Shown: positions 13,854 through 27,727 of the stretch, piece after piece
Layout of the letters: each line of letters opens with the position of its first letter
How positions within the stretch are numbered: the stretch's first letter is position 1
DNA from: Tubulanus polymorphus
Lineage: Eukaryota > Animalia > Nemertea
NCBI RefSeq assembly: GCF_964204645.1
Contig: NC_134028.1
Span: 15,073,653 to 15,137,652, forward strand
Direction: 5' to 3'
DNA: 64,000 nucleotides
The notes under the pieces: generated by a model
The model's database searches: none
What the model was told of the DNA's origin: nothing
Seen by the model: only the letters and a program-made list of their open reading frames with translations
Position numbers and translations under genes: made by a program

Positions 13854-14250
13854 TAGTTTTGTCTCCCGCGACAATTCATTATTCTGGTTTTGTCGCACGC
13901 AACAATTCAATATTTTGTTTTTGTCGTCCGCGACAATTCATTATTTTGGTTTTATCGCCCGCGACAATTCATTATTGTGGTTTTATCGCCCGCGACAATT
14001 CATTATTTTGGTTTTATCGCCCGCGACAATTCATTATTTTTGTTTTGTCGCCCGTGACAATTCAATATTTTGGTTTTGTCACCCGCGACAATTCATAATT
14101 TTGGTTTCATCGCCCGCGACAATTCATTATTTTGGTTTTATCGCCCGCGACAATTCATTATTTTTGTTTTGTCGCCCGTGACAATTCAATATTTTGGTTT
14201 TGTCACCCGCGACAATTCATAATTTTGGTTTTGTCCCCGTGGTTTTGTCG
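13854..14250. repeat. 31-bp satellite array, block 2
   Basis: Same consensus as 9696-12440. Confidence 0.95.
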
Positions 14251-14684
14251 GAACATTAAGTTTTTTGGTCGAACAGTGTGTTAAGGTCGTTTTGGAAATT
14301 TACTCGGTCGGGTATATTTTGGATTACTGTGTATGTCATTTGTCAGGACATTAAACAGAAGACGACTTAGGATACTACCTTGCGTGACTCCACTAGTTAG
14401 ACCGTCTCATTCCAAGATGAGGCGTTCCGTTGATTTCGGTTACAAGTTTCCGTTCAGAGATAACTGCTGAGCCATTTTAACGACCTATCATTGATACTGT
14501 TTCCTAATAGCCTCTTTAGTAATGGCTGATGTTGAACCTTATCAAATGCTTATTTGAAATCCACCGTTGAACAGGATTCTAAGACTGTGCAGAAAACCCG
14601 TTATCGCTGCTTTGCAGCTATATTTTTACTTATTTTTTGATTCAATATTATCTGATTTATCATCTGTTTCGATATTATCTGATT

Positions 14685-16260
14685 TTTAGGGTTTTCTGTT
14701 ATTTCACAGAAAACCCTATTGATATCCGCGTGATTATTAGGGTTTTCTGTTATTTCACAGAAAACCCTATTGATATCCGCGTGATTATTATTATTATTAT
14801 TTTCTTCCACACTATTTTTACTAAAAGAACAAAGGCTTTGTTACCTTGACGCTGTTGTCGATACAATCCATCTGATATCATTCAGCTCACTTTGATGTAC
14901 ATATACCCCGTGCGTATTTTGAAGAATCATCGTTACAAAAGCACTGTCGGGCCGTAAACATCGAAAATTGAGCCCCATTCAAAGAGCCGACATGTTTTTC
15001 TAAGTCCTCTTTCCGAAATCTACCGCACGTTTCTTGTCACATCAATTATCAATTCAAGCATAAATTAACAAATTTATTACCCAAAGATTGCACATTCTGT
15101 CGCGGTTTTTAAAAACTAATTTTAACAATAGCCCATTTTCCTCATCAAATCGTATTACCGATATACAGGAAATTTACTACTTTAGATTTTACTGTCGAGC
15201 ACTGTCGAGCCGTAAACATCGACGAATCGACGTGTGTCACTACATCGTCGTTCCGGGGATCAGCTGTGAGTTTCACCTCATCATGAGAATCAAATCGAGT
15301 ACAAATTAATTTATTACTACCAGTGATTTGGCTGCGGGCGTCATGCAGTTAGTTTAGCAATACCTATTTTTCTTTATCAAATTAACCGTGTATTTACTAA
15401 GATAAATCATAAGTGTATCGGGGAGTCGTAGGCCTAAACGAAACACGCCAAAGAGATATAGCGGAGAAAAGCTTTTATGTCGACGAGGTATCAAAATAAA
15501 AGAATATATTACTTTATTCGGCCGCGGGCTTCAACCTCTATATCAATACCATCAATACTCTATATTTCCTACAGTACATACCGATCATTGTCAAATGCAC
15601 AAGGTATTTACTAAATACAAGTATATAACACAATCCTTTCCGTATGCTGGACTCACACTTGACATTCGGACTAAGCGTTCGCTGTGGGGGAAAGGGATCG
15701 TTCGCTGTGTCGCTTGAAGTGTTTATCGAGTGTGACGCGGCTTTAGGCCTACCGGTACTGAGCTTTGCTGTCTCAAACAAACACAGTATAATTGTTGCGT
15801 TTATTAACGGACTCATTGGATTGAACTTCAAAACAAAATTTACGATATTTAGGTGGGTTGTTATTCAATAGGCCTACGACCAATCTGTCCGGATGTAAGG
15901 CCTACGCATATACATAGGCCTACATAGGCTAGTAGTCTCTACTAGGTTAAGCGTTCGCTGTGGGGGAAAGGAGATCGTTCGCTGTGTCGCTTGAAGTGTT
16001 TATCGAGTTTTACGCGACCTTAAGGCTTTAGTATGGTGGCTGATAAGGGCCATGCGTAAAAAAACACATATATGCAAATGAGGGCGACATTATGACAAAA
16101 CGACAAGACTAAAATAACGCGAAAAAACAATAATTTTGGTTTTGTCGCCCGCGACAAATCATTATTTTGGTTTTATCGCCCGCGACAATTCATTATTTTG
16201 GTTTTATCGCCCGCGACAATTCATTATTTTGGTTTTGTCGCACGCAACAATTCATTATTC
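14685..16260 (+). mobile_element. Helentron/HINE-like repeat, unit B (3'-truncated; carries the empty site for the TIR element)
   Basis: Starts TAGGGTTTTCTGTTATTTCACAGAAAACCCTA (palindrome, tandemly duplicated), then (TTA)n, body collinear with unit A, about 4 satellite units at 16133-16260; uninterrupted GTAGGCCTAAACGAAACACG at 15428-15447. Confidence 0.65.
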
Positions 16261-17174
16261 AATCTTTTAATATAGATTTATATGAACCTTAGGTCTACCT
16301 TGTAATTAACAAATTATTCGAAAGCAAAGATCTTGCATTCGAGTTTATTCATTTTAAGCAGTTTCTTTATTTCAAGCCCCGGATTGATTGTCTAAATCTC
16401 TTTGCTCTTCTCGTGACTTGTATTCAATTAAATTTTCTATTCTCATTCTACAATTTGTACGTGAATACTATCAACGGTAGCATTTGTTTCTTTTCGTTTC
16501 GTTTTTCATAATGATTTTGTAATTTATTTAAATCTTTATTTTATCGCGACGGGTGCTTCCGCTTTTAAACTGTTAGTTTATTACTTCCGATTTTTTAATC
16601 TTCATTAATTTATTCATTCTTTATGACTTCTCTCTCCAAAATCGGAATAATTGTATCCTTAGACGCTTTTGATCTTGATTTTTAATGACTTTGCAAAACC
16701 ACCTGTCGCAGTATATTTAGGGTTTTCTGTTATTTCACAGAAAACCCTTTTGATATCCGCGTGATTATTATTATTATTATTATTTTCTTCCACACTATTT
16801 TTACCAAAAGAACATAGGCTTTGTTACCTTACCGCTGTTTCATACACAATCCATATAATATTGTTCAGCTCACTGAGATCTACAAATAGCCCGCGTGTTT
16901 TTTCACGAATCATCGTTACAAAAGCGCTGTCGGGCCGTAAACATCGAAAATTTAGCCCCATTCAATGGGGCGACATGTTTTTCGAGTCGTCATCCCGAAA
17001 TCAAAGGCGTTTTTACGAGCATCCGATGTTTGCGATCGATCGTAGGAACGCATTTACGAGCACCGATTTTTGCGATCGATTTCACGATCGGCGTTTTTAC
17101 GAACACGATTTTCCGATCGATTTTTGAAATCGACCAACTCGCTCGGCGAGCGATTTGGCGATTTGATTTCCAAG

Positions 17175-18960
17175 ATGGCGGCGCCCACGACGCAGACAGT
17201 GTGAGTGGATTGAGGCGATATTTTGATAATTTTCCCATCAAACCGCACCAGCGCTAGGCCTAATATATTTATATATCATAGATGATACATTTTATATCGA
17301 CAAGACGCAAGAATAACATGGTAGTAGGGTCCATTCAATAATGTCACTTCAATTTATCCCGTTCTCCGGCATTCTCCAGTCTTTTTACTTTAGTTAGTCG
17401 TTATATCAATTGTGGCATTTTACAATTCATGATAAGTCAGACTAAGAGCGGTACAGGCACTTGACTTATATACATGATATTCAAAGGATGAAGATAAGGC
17501 AATATATTGTTGATTCACCTTTTGTAGGTCGTATTACAGAGAGTTTTCAATCGAAATAGATGGCGTGATGGTATCGTTTACGCTGGATCTGCCAACTTAT
17601 TCAAAGGCAATAGCTGGTGGTAAGTACGCCTTCATTCAAAATTATTGTGGTATTTGGCAAAAAATCAATTTGGATAGTACGCAGTTGAGAAAGCTCAACA
17701 ATTCTTTGCTGGTTCATTTTAATCATTTATGTTCTTTTGTAGATGCTGAGATTATCAGCTCTTTGGTTGAGAGTTACAAACATATTGGTCTACAAGATAT
17801 TCCTGATTCTCTAGCTTCCACTTCTACCTCTCCTCAGACTGATGAAACATCAGTAGCATCTACCTCTCTGATTCGTCCTCGTGATACTCATACACCATCA
17901 GCATCTACCTCTCTGATTCGTCCTCGTGATACTCATACACCATCAGCATCTACCTCTCTGATTCGTCCTCGTGATACTCATACACCATCAGCATCTACCT
18001 CTCTGATTCGTTCTCGTGATACTCATACACCATCAGCATCTACCTCTCTGATTCGTCCTCGTGATACTCATACACCATCAGCATCTACCTCTCTGATTCG
18101 TCCTCGTGATACTCATACTCCCGCAGCATCTTCACGGATTGATGAAACACCAGCAGAATCTTCTCGTAAGTGTACCTCCACAAGTATTGATAAGTATGTC
18201 TTACATATCAATTATTCGTTCTTAGCTATTGTAGTTTTTCTTGTTTAGCTTGCCTTCATGTGTTATCCGTCTTACGAAATAGGCTGTATATTCCTCAAAG
18301 AAAATTTGCTATGTGTTTATTTTCTGCATTTCTTTTCAGAATCAAGGGAATGGCCAAGGGCTGCAGTACTTTGGTTGATCAGCTTCCATCAGATGAATCG
18401 TGGAAAATTTGAAGACAAAAAAACAGTTAAAAAACGCATATGGGAAAAAATATCGTCGTTGTTAGCTGAAAAGGGATTTCATTTCAGTTGGGACCAAATC
18501 AAAAATAAATGGGGAAATTTGTTAAACAATCATAGAAAGACACGGGATCACAATAATAAGACGGGTAATGATCCGAAAACATGTCCGTATTTCGATGAAC
18601 TAAATGAGTACCTAGCCAATAAACCGAACAGTCGACCTGTGGTATTATCAGCTTCTAGTTTACCAACAGTTGGATGATGCAACAAGTGATGAAGATACAG
18701 ATTTCGAAACATCAGAGTCGGAAGGTACTTCTTCGAGTAAGGGGAGGGGCTCCGCTACATCTAATCCTTCTAAGAAGAGAAAAGAATGTCGTATGACAGA
18801 TCGTCAGAGTAAGATTTTTAAAATGTTAAGAGAAAGTGAAGAAGCAAGAAGAGATTATAATGAACGATTTCTTGTTGAAATGAATAAACAATATGAATCT
18901 TTGAAGAAAATAGAAGAAGAAAAAATTGATGTTATGAAACAACTTCTGAACAAGTTTTAG
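17175..18960 (+). CDS. Harbinger Myb/SANT-like (trihelix) DNA-binding protein, spliced, with one apparent frameshift near 18670
   Basis: WPRAAVLWLI...KKRIWEKISSLLAEKGFHFSWDQIKNKWGNL...CPYFDEL motif; GT-AG introns join ATG 17175 to downstream exons (starting about 17528, 17743, 18340) in frame; acidic linker and coiled-coil tail at 18670-18960. Confidence 0.8.
17853..18125 (+). repeat. 45-bp coding minisatellite, 6 copies (SASTSLIRPRDTHTP)
   Basis: CATCAGCATCTACCTCTCTGATTCGTCCTCGTGATACTCATACAC repeated in frame. Confidence 0.95.
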
Positions 18961-19957
18961 TTTTGTTAAACACACTCTTTGGTGGAGTACTTTTTCATCG
19001 GCAAGTTGCGGAATTATCTATTATTATTATTATCAAACAGCCCTAATTGGTAATTTAGAGTTACGCTTTATTTTCCATACTTTATATCACGTTTGTGAGT
19101 ATAAGTTGAACCCATCAGATATAAAATGCATTTACTGTGGGGACTTTTAAGTCAATTGTTAAAGGACTTAATATATATTTTTGTTGAAATGTGTATTAAT
19201 TTTTTTTTAAAGTCTAAGAAATAAAGTTGCAATTGTGCTTTTTAAACACTGTTTCATGTTGATTGAGAGTTCTGGATTGTTCTTAAGATCATAGAAGTAC
19301 TTACCAACATTGGTAAGCAGCAATGAAGCATGGACCTTGTTCTCTTCAGGATGTTGTATTTTCTTAAGAATGAAATTGGGACTATTTTGTTGCTAGAGAG
19401 ATGCAATGATTACCTTTCAGCCTTTCGATACCCGGTATCGGGCCAATTTGTAGTCTACCTGATTAATTCAACTCTAAGGCAGATCAGGGATCAAAAATTT
19501 GTCTAGAAATTGAGGGCCTAAGGCTAAAAAATGATACCCTTCTTAAAAGTTGACCCAGCTGGCCGCCTATCTACCCTGTACATTACTTTTAAAATCGTGA
19601 TCAATGTTACCATAACAGACCCGGCAGCTGCGGAGAAACAAGTTATCATTTTTGTTTAGCCTAATTTTTATATTTTTTCATGCTTATTTTTGTCTGGAAT
19701 TTCTAAGGGGCCTCGTACTTTAAGGGGATGGGAGTGTCAGGGCAAACCCTGGATCTGCCACTGCAACTGATACATGTTCATGCTTGTATGTGCAAAAAGA
19801 TATGCATACCACTTATTTGATAGAGAGAAATACCAGAAGAACCAAAGCACATATGCCAACAAAAATAACAAAATATAGAAATTTATTGATAAGGTACTTT
19901 TCTTATTTATTAATTCTTGTTGACCAACAGATGAGTCAATTCACTTGTGCATACTTT

Positions 19958-21365
19958 TTAGTTACTGAGCAAAACAGCAATTGCCATTCTTTTACCAACG
20001 GCAGTAGGTCTAACACCTACAGCACAGTTTTCCAAATCATGAGTGTCATCCCTGATGACTAGTTCCTGGCCTTCACTTAATAAATCGTCTAGTGTCTCCT
20101 CAACCTCCAAACAAATATTATGCACTACGAAACAACTGCTAATGAAAGAAACGAGTCGATCCAATCTATGCATGTCAACATATTTCAAACGGCGTAAACG
20201 ACCCTTCAGTATGCCGAAGGCATTTTCGATAAATACTCTAGTTTGGCTATGTTTGGTATTGTAGGTAACTTCAGTGTTATTCATATTTCCAAAGTCCTTA
20301 AATGGTACTAACAAATACTCGGTAAGCTCATAAGCAGAGTCACCTAAAATATGAGAGTTCTGAGGAAATAATTTATATCTCTGTTGCAAGTCTTCCGCTG
20401 CGATAGCTAATGGAGAGTTTTTGAAAACACGCGAGTCGTGTGATGATCCCGGCCATCCAACATATGTATGCGTAAACTTATACTCGTGGTCACAAACTGC
20501 GCACACATTAATAGAATGAAACTTTTTACGATTTATGTACGTTTCAGAACTGTCAACAGGACTTTTTATCGGAATGTGTGTACCATCTACAGCGCCCAAA
20601 ACATATGGAAAGCCTTGTCTTTTCTGAAAACAACTGATAACTTCATTGACACGGTTATGTGATGGCCATTTGACAATCTTCTTTTTGATATCTTCATCGA
20701 TAATCTTCGCAATAAATCCTAAAAGAAAGCATAATATTAGTGTATTTAGTTTTTAGCATTGGAATTGAACCAGTTTTTGGCTTCCAAACAAGATTAATCA
20801 ATTTACTTTAATCAATTTACATTAAAGTTAATTGATTAATCTCGTTTGGAATAAATATGATGTATGAGAGAAGAGAACAAATGTTGAACTTACATGACTT
20901 ACCAACAATGTTATACACAGAGGCTTCACAAATGCCAAAGATATCACCAATTCTCATAAGTGGCTCAGTTGAAGAAGCATAATATATAAAAACCAACAGC
21001 TGTTTGTCAATAGGTATCCGTATTTTTCTACTGTTCCGATCATTATGCATTATAACAAACGGTGTAATATGTTCAAGAAGAATACTAAACGCTGCCCTAG
21101 TTATCCGAAAGTGCGCTCTGAAATTGTCTGGCTCATATTTTGGAACAGTTACAGTCATGTAGTCCATGATGCGCGGTTTTGTATCCGATTTCATGTATTT
21201 TAACAGTTCAGCACAGGTCAAAGGGAGTCCTGCTTCAGATTGGTCAGCTCCGATCAGACACTGTTGCCGGAGCTCATTAACGCAATGAGTTATCAGGCAA
21301 GACGACGAGAATCCATCTTCAAGTAAAGTTATTAGGGCCGCAATCTTTCTCTTCCGCGTCGCCAT
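19958..21365 (-). CDS. Harbinger DDE transposase (HARBI1-like), two exons 21365-20903 and 20718-19958, 407 aa
   Basis: Motifs FRAHFRITR, GAVDGTHIPI, GWPGSSHDSRVF, LGDSAY, YNTKHSQTRVFIENAFGILKGR; GT-AG intron 20902-20719 restores one open frame. Confidence 0.92.
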
Positions 21366-22063
21366 ATTTGTGTCATGTGATAAGTCTAAAATCGTCGTAT
21401 TTACGAACATTCGATTCGATCGCACGATCGACGCAAATCGTTCACGAAATCGATCGCAAAAATCGGTTGCTCGTAAAAACGCCTCAACCCGCAGGCCGAC
21501 TGTCACTTCGATTATCAATTCAAGTATAAATGAACTAATTTATTGCCGCAGACTTCACATTCAGTCGCGGTCTTCAAACAGTGATTTTAACAATAGCCCA
21601 TTTTCCTCATCAGATCATATTACCGATACACTGGAAATTTACTACTTTAGATTTTAAAAGCACTGTCGAGCCGTAAACATCGACGAATCGACGTGTGTTA
21701 CTACATCGTCGTTCCGGGGATCAGCTGCGAGTGTCTCCTCATCATGAGAATCAAATCGAGTACAAATTAATTTATTACTACCAGTGATTTGGCTGCGGGT
21801 TTCAAGCAGTTAGTTTAACAATACCTATTTTTCTTTACCGAATTAACCGTGTATTTACTAAGATAAATCTTTAGTGTACCGGGGAATCGTAGGCCTCATT
21901 ATGAGAATGCCGGTTTGCTAGCGTATCTATTTAACACCCGTATTGCTCGGGTTAGTTTTACTATCAACGGGTGGCGCTGTATGTAAATTTCACATAAATC
22001 AACGACTTTTGGCTATTAGCGGTACTTAAGACCACTTGAAAACATCATAGTCAATTAGTAGTG

Positions 22064-22645
22064 AGTAATAGGGAATATGTTGTTTCAGATCAAAGGTCGA
22101 ACGGTCGAGTTCATTAAAAACAAAACATTAAAAGTAATTTAAAACTATAATATATTTTCATAACCGTGTACATTTTATATTAAAACTAAATATTTATTCT
22201 AAGATATCAATAATTTAAAAAGCATATTGTCGCTCCACTTCGCTACCGCTCCGCTCCGCGACCAATTGATTTATTTACAATTCACACATTCATATAATCA
22301 AATATATTCAAATAATAATAATTATTCTATTATTCAACTGAAATACACACGGTTATGAAAATATATTATAGTTTAAAATTACTTTTAATATTTGTTATTA
22401 ATGAACTCGACCATTCAACCTTTAACCTGAAACAACATATTCCCTATTACTCTTAAAATATTCATATATATGAATAAAATGTAAATCATTGAACTTCTAA
22501 AATCAATTTTAATAAAAAATTTAGTATTAAAATGGAAGCAAATAAGTACTACTGCCCAACATGTAATATCAATATAGATAAATCCCAAAAAGCAAGACAC
22601 AATAAAACTAAAACACATTTAGAGAATAAATTGAAACTAGAATAT
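22064..22645 (+). repeat. Polinton 1 left TIR (with internal fold-back 22064-22451)
   Basis: Reverse complement of 38352-38947; includes first 38 codons of pPolB. Confidence 0.92.
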
Positions 22646-25600
22646 AAAGATGATATATTAGAAACTAAATTAGATGAATTAAAGAATGAAAAAGAAACAT
22701 ACAAATGTGATACAGGTAATCAATCATTCAGTGATAAAAGATATTATAAAGAACATTTAAAATCTAAAAGTCATATTAGAAATATGAATAATGATATTTT
22801 AGGTGAAGATTATTTTGATAATGACAATGATAAGAAACACAAGACAATTAAAAGAATAAGAAATATATTAAACAATAAAAGACCATACATGGAAGATGTA
22901 AGAAAATATATTAATTTATTGGATAATAAAAAAGATATAGAAATAACCGAAGCATTTAAAAGTGATATTGGCCCAGCAGCTATCGAGTTTAAATTTCATA
23001 AAGGAAAAACATTAGAAGAAAATAAAAAACATTTAGAAAATATGAAAGAAATAATAAAAATAATAACTGATGTTGAATATCCTAAAATAAGTATATCTTC
23101 TAAAGTTAAATTCATAAAATCTGAAGATAAACCAATATATAATATAAATTCTCATTCACAACATATTATTTCAAAACAACATATAGATGAAAAATTAGAT
23201 AAATGTTATAATGAAATAAAAACTAAAATAGAAGAGAAATATTTTGAAGGATCTGGTTTAATATTTGATGAAATAATATTTATGACTTTACATGTTTATA
23301 ACACAAAATATAATAAGTTAACTAAATCAAAACCAATTGATGAAAATAATGTATCATATTATAAAGAACCAGATATTGAAGCATCAAGTTATATTAAACT
23401 ACCATTTAAAACTAATGCTGTAATAAATGTACAAAATGAAGATGATAAATGTTTTCTATGGGCTATAATAAGTTGTTTACACCCAGTTGAAGATTATAAA
23501 CAACATAGTTTTAGATTAACTCATTATAAACAATTTGAAAATAATTATAAGATAGATAAGTATCCTGTTATAATTAAAAACATCCCAAAAATAGAAAGAG
23601 ATAATAATATAAAGATAAATGTATTTGATTTAATCAAATTGCCAAATACAAAAGGTAACAGTATAAAACATTATACATTAGAACCTTTATACCTATCAAA
23701 AGATTATGATTCAAATGATGTTATAGATATACTATATTATGAGAATCATTATATGTGGATTAAACAAATCGATTTATTTTTTAAATCAGAAAATGATCAC
23801 CATAAAATATATCTTTGTAGAAAATGTTTACATAGATTCAGTAATGAAAGTACATTATTGAATCATAAACAATTATGTGAAAATCATGATTATTGTAAAT
23901 TAGTTTTACCAAATGAAAAGGATAAAATATTAGAATTCAAAAAATATGATTACAAAAATAAAGTACCATTTGTTATATATGGAGATTTTGAATCATTAAA
24001 TAAAGAATTAACTGATCAAGATAGAAAAGAAATATATTATAAAAGAAAGAAATTAAATTCTAATGAAAATGATTATTCTGAAGAACCACCAAAAACAAAT
24101 ACTATTAAAAAGATTCATCAATCAGCTGCTGCTTTCGGGTTATATATAAAATCTGATTATCCAGAACTAATTAAAAGTGAAAATTATAATTATAGAAATG
24201 AAAATGTTATCAATCATTTTTGTGACTTATTGATTGAATATGAAATGAGATTTAGTAAATTATTGAATACAAATATAGAAATTATAATGACAGAAGAAGA
24301 TAAAGAAGAATTTGCGTTTTCAGGTAAATGTTATTATTGTGAAAAGATATTTAATTATAAAGATAAAAAAATAAGAGACCATGATCATTTGAACGGAAAG
24401 TTAAGAGGCGCTGCACATGAGAATTGTAACTTACAAGCTAAGAAAATTAATTTTGTACCAGTTATATTTCATAATCTATCAGGATATGATGCACATTTAT
24501 TCATCAAACAGTTATGCCATAAAATAGAAGAAATTAATAATGAAATAGAAAGATTAAATTCAAATAGATCAAAAGATAAAATACCAACTTATAAATTTAG
24601 AATGTTAGCTAAACATCTGAGAATTATATATCATTCCAATTTGGGTGTTTAAGATTTATAGATTCATATAGATTTTTAAATAGTTGATTAGATAACTTAT
24701 CAAAATCATTTGTTGATGATGAATTAAAAATATTAAAACAACATTATCAAAATAATAATGATTTTCAATTAATGAGATATAAAGGCGCAATTCCATATTC
24801 ATTTTATAAATCACATAATGATTTCAATATAACTGAATTATTAAAAGAACAATTTTATGATGAATTAAAAAATGAATATGTTAAAGATGAAGTATATAAT
24901 AGAACATTGAATATTTGGAATCACTTCAAAATAGAAAATCATGGGCAATTAGTAGATTTATATTTAAAATCAGATGTATTATTATTAACCGATATATTCG
25001 AAAGGTTTAGAGATGTTAACCTAAAATATTTTAACATTGATCCTTGTCATTGTTATTCATCACCAGGTTTAACATGGGATTGTGGATTAAAATTTACAGA
25101 TATAAAAATGGATTTGTTAACAAATATAGATCAATTATTATTATTTGAAAAATCCATAAGAGGAGGAGTTTCAGGTGTATTAGGTGATATTTCAATGTAA
25201 ATGATAACCCTGGATATAAGTGATTATATATAGATGCAAATAATCTATATGGTTGGGCAATGATGGAACCACAACCTTATGGAGTATTTGAAATAAGTGA
25301 AGTTTTACAGAATGAAAATAATGATAAATTTGATTGGAAGAATTCTAGATATTGCAGATGATTCAGATACTGGTTACTTTTTTGTTGTAGATTTAGAATA
25401 TCCTGAACATATTAAATTTAAATCTAGAAATCTAGCTTACTGTCCCGAACATAAAACTGTAACTCATGAAGAATTATCAAATTACCAAAAAAGAATTAAA
25501 CCCGAAAATCATATTCATACAGAAAAGTTAATGGTAACTCAAGAAGATAAGTATAATTATGTAGTACATTATAGAATGTTAAAGTTTTATCTAAAACAAG

Positions 25601-26560
25601 GAGTGATCCTAAAAAAAGTACATTGATATATTTCATTTAGTCAATCTAAGTGGTTAGAAAAATATATAGATTTTAACACAAAACAGAGAACTGAAGCTAA
25701 AACTGATTTCGAGAAAGATTTCTTCAAGTTAATGAATAATGCATTCTATGGTAAGACTTAGAAATATTAGAAATAGAAATGATATTGAGTTAGTTAGTAA
25801 TGGCAAAAGGATAAGGCATTTACAATCATATCGTAAGTTTTTAGGTAACAGAATATTTGATGAAAATTTAGCTGTAGTTAAGATGAGGAGAACATCAATG
25901 AAATTTAATAAACCAATCTATGTTGGCGCTTCAGTTTTAGAATTATCAAAATTACTAATGTATGAATTCTATTATAATGTATTACAACCACTTTTTGGAG
26001 AAAAACATATAGAAATATTATATTTTGATACTGACAGTTACATATTAAAGATAAAAACTGATAACATAACTGATGATTTAAAAACATTAAAACATCATTT
26101 TGATTTCAGTAATTATCCTAAAAATCATGAATTGTTTAGCAATGATAATAAAAAAGTTCCTTGTAAATTCAAAGATGAATTAGGCGGTGAAGTAATGATT
26201 GAATTAATTGGTATTAGATCTAAAATGTATTCATATAAAACTAAAGAACATGAAGCTAAAAAGTTAAAAGGAATAACTAAAAGTGTAGTAGAAAAGAATA
26301 TTCATTTCAAAGATTACATCAATTGTATATTCAATGAAGAAGTTAGAAAACATAAGATGAGATGTTTAAGATCTGAAGATCATGAAATGTTTATTGAAGA
26401 AATTGAAAAGATAAGTCTAAACCCATTTGATGATAAAAGATATATTTTAGATGATGGAATTCATACAGTTGCTTATGGTTGCAATTTAGATGAATATTTA
26501 AAATTTAAAAGAGAAGAAACAAAAGAGAACGAGATAATGAAAAGAATTCTAACGTGTTAA
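22532..26560 (+). pseudogene. polB: Protein-primed family B DNA polymerase (pPolB), several frameshifts and stops
   Basis: N-terminal C2H2 fingers, NEDDKCFLWAI...ENHY motif, exonuclease YGDFES, endonuclease VII-like insert (CYYC...RDHDH...HENCN), FHNLSGYD, YLKSDVLLL, IRGG, IDANNLYG, KLMNNAFYGK, YFDTDS, KLKGI; split over ORFs 22532, 24772, 25297 and 25739. Confidence 0.95.
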
Positions 26561-26593
26561 TCAAATTTTAATAAAAATATGGAGAGTATTAAA

Positions 26594-26934
26594 ATGGAGA
26601 GTAAACAAGCACACAGTGAATTCTTAAATAGAGAAAAAGATACTTCAAATGTAAATCTGTAGATTATAAATTTAAGAAGTTAACAGAATTAACAATCCAT
26701 AAGAAATATCTAATTACAAATATTGATACAGTTACTAACAAATATGGAGATAAATTAGTTATACACTTAGAATATGAAGGATTAAAAGGAAATACACATA
26801 AATTCAGAACATATTTACCGGATAGATTTCATAGATTATCAAGTGAAGATTTAGAAGAATTATGTTCTGGAGATTTCTATTTCGTATACAAAGGTAAGAA
26901 TGAAAAAGGGTACCATGAAATAGATTTCGAATGA
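26594..26934 (+). pseudogene. Small conserved Polinton protein (possible OB-fold), frameshifted
   Basis: Near-identical to intact ORF 62682-63035(-) of Polinton 2. Confidence 0.7.
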
Positions 26935-26951
26935 GAAAATATGTAAAATAA

Positions 26952-27711
26952 ATGGTGGAATTAAAAGAATACAGAATATTTGTTGATTCAAGAAAACTTA
27001 CAAATTATAAATCTCATAATTTACTAGTACAATTAGATAGAGAATTTAAGAATTGTGTTGATGTAAAATTAGTTAATATAAGTTTATGTAATTCTTTTCA
27101 TAATATATCGAATAAAAGTCTTGATTTTGAAAGCTTTTAAAACTTATGATAGAAATTTGAATAAATGGTTTCATCTTTATCTAAAACCAGGATTATATAA
27201 TTTAGAAACATTAGCGCAAGAAATCAATAAAAGAGCTCGTTTAAAAATGGGCTCAGCAGCTGCTCGATTTGAAATTAAATTTATCAAAAATGATAGTTCG
27301 AATAAAATAAGAATAAAGTTAACTAATGAACAACATAGATTTCTAGTAAGAAAACCTTTAGCTAAACTGTTTGGAATTCTTCCGGATAGACATTATTCAA
27401 ATATTGATACTTATACAAATATAATACCTTTTACACACTTTTATATTTATTGCAATTTAATCGAGCCTACAAAAACTTTCGAAGCAACTAAAGATACAAT
27501 TTGTAATTCTAGTATATTAAATATTTTACCGCTGAAAAATGTTAAACAATTTGGAACGCAAATAAATTATAATTTAGCTGAATGTGATTTCAAACCATGC
27601 ATTCCTAAATTCAATAATTTTAAATTAGAAATAAGAAATCATAATGGATATTTAATTGATTTGAATAACTTTCCTGTAATTTATGAATTAGTTATAAGAT
27701 GTAAAGAGTAA
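26952..27711 (+). pseudogene. Probable minor capsid protein (penton, single jelly-roll), frameshifted
   Basis: Penton-like pattern: IFVDS, VKLVNISLCNSFHNI, PGLYN, LAKLFG, FYIYCNLI, ILNILP, LEIRNHNGYLIDLNN; about 250 aa across ORFs 26952 and 27121. Confidence 0.75.
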
Positions 27712-27727
27712 TTTTTTCACCATATAA

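Larger units (their letters stand above)
2775..14624 (+). mobile_element. Helentron/HINE-like non-autonomous repeat, unit A (host for nested insertions)
   Basis: Starts at a (TTA)n tract directly after a terminal motif AGAAAACCCGTTATCGCTGCTTTGCAGCTATATT and ends with the same motif at about 14591-14624; body is collinear with units at 14685 and 16716. Family assignment rests on architecture only. Confidence 0.55.
17005..21484. mobile_element. PIF/Harbinger DNA transposon
   Basis: 36-bp TIR AGGCGTTTTTACGAGCA(T/A)CCGAT(G/T)TTTGCGATCGAT; 3-bp TSD CAA (17002-17004, 21485-21487); convergent Myb/SANT and DDE transposase genes. Confidence 0.93.

Noticed and set aside
9637-14181. Many long overlapping ORFs (FWFCRPRQF / VLSPATIHY)
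   Set aside because: Artefact of a stop-poor 31-bp repeat cycling through all three frames.
9696-14250. CRISPR array (31-bp palindromic repeats)
   Set aside because: Units are contiguous with no unique spacers, there are no cas genes, and the context is eukaryotic.
14601-15871. Short ORFs in host repeat unit B
   Set aside because: Built from the duplicated 5' palindrome and (TTA)n; frames not maintained in units A and C.
16260-16715. T-rich segment between units B and C as a possible retroelement fragment
   Set aside because: No sustained frame or motif found by eye.
20817-21518. 233-aa ORF as a standalone gene
   Set aside because: It is transposase exon 1 extended upstream through the TIR and downstream into the intron.
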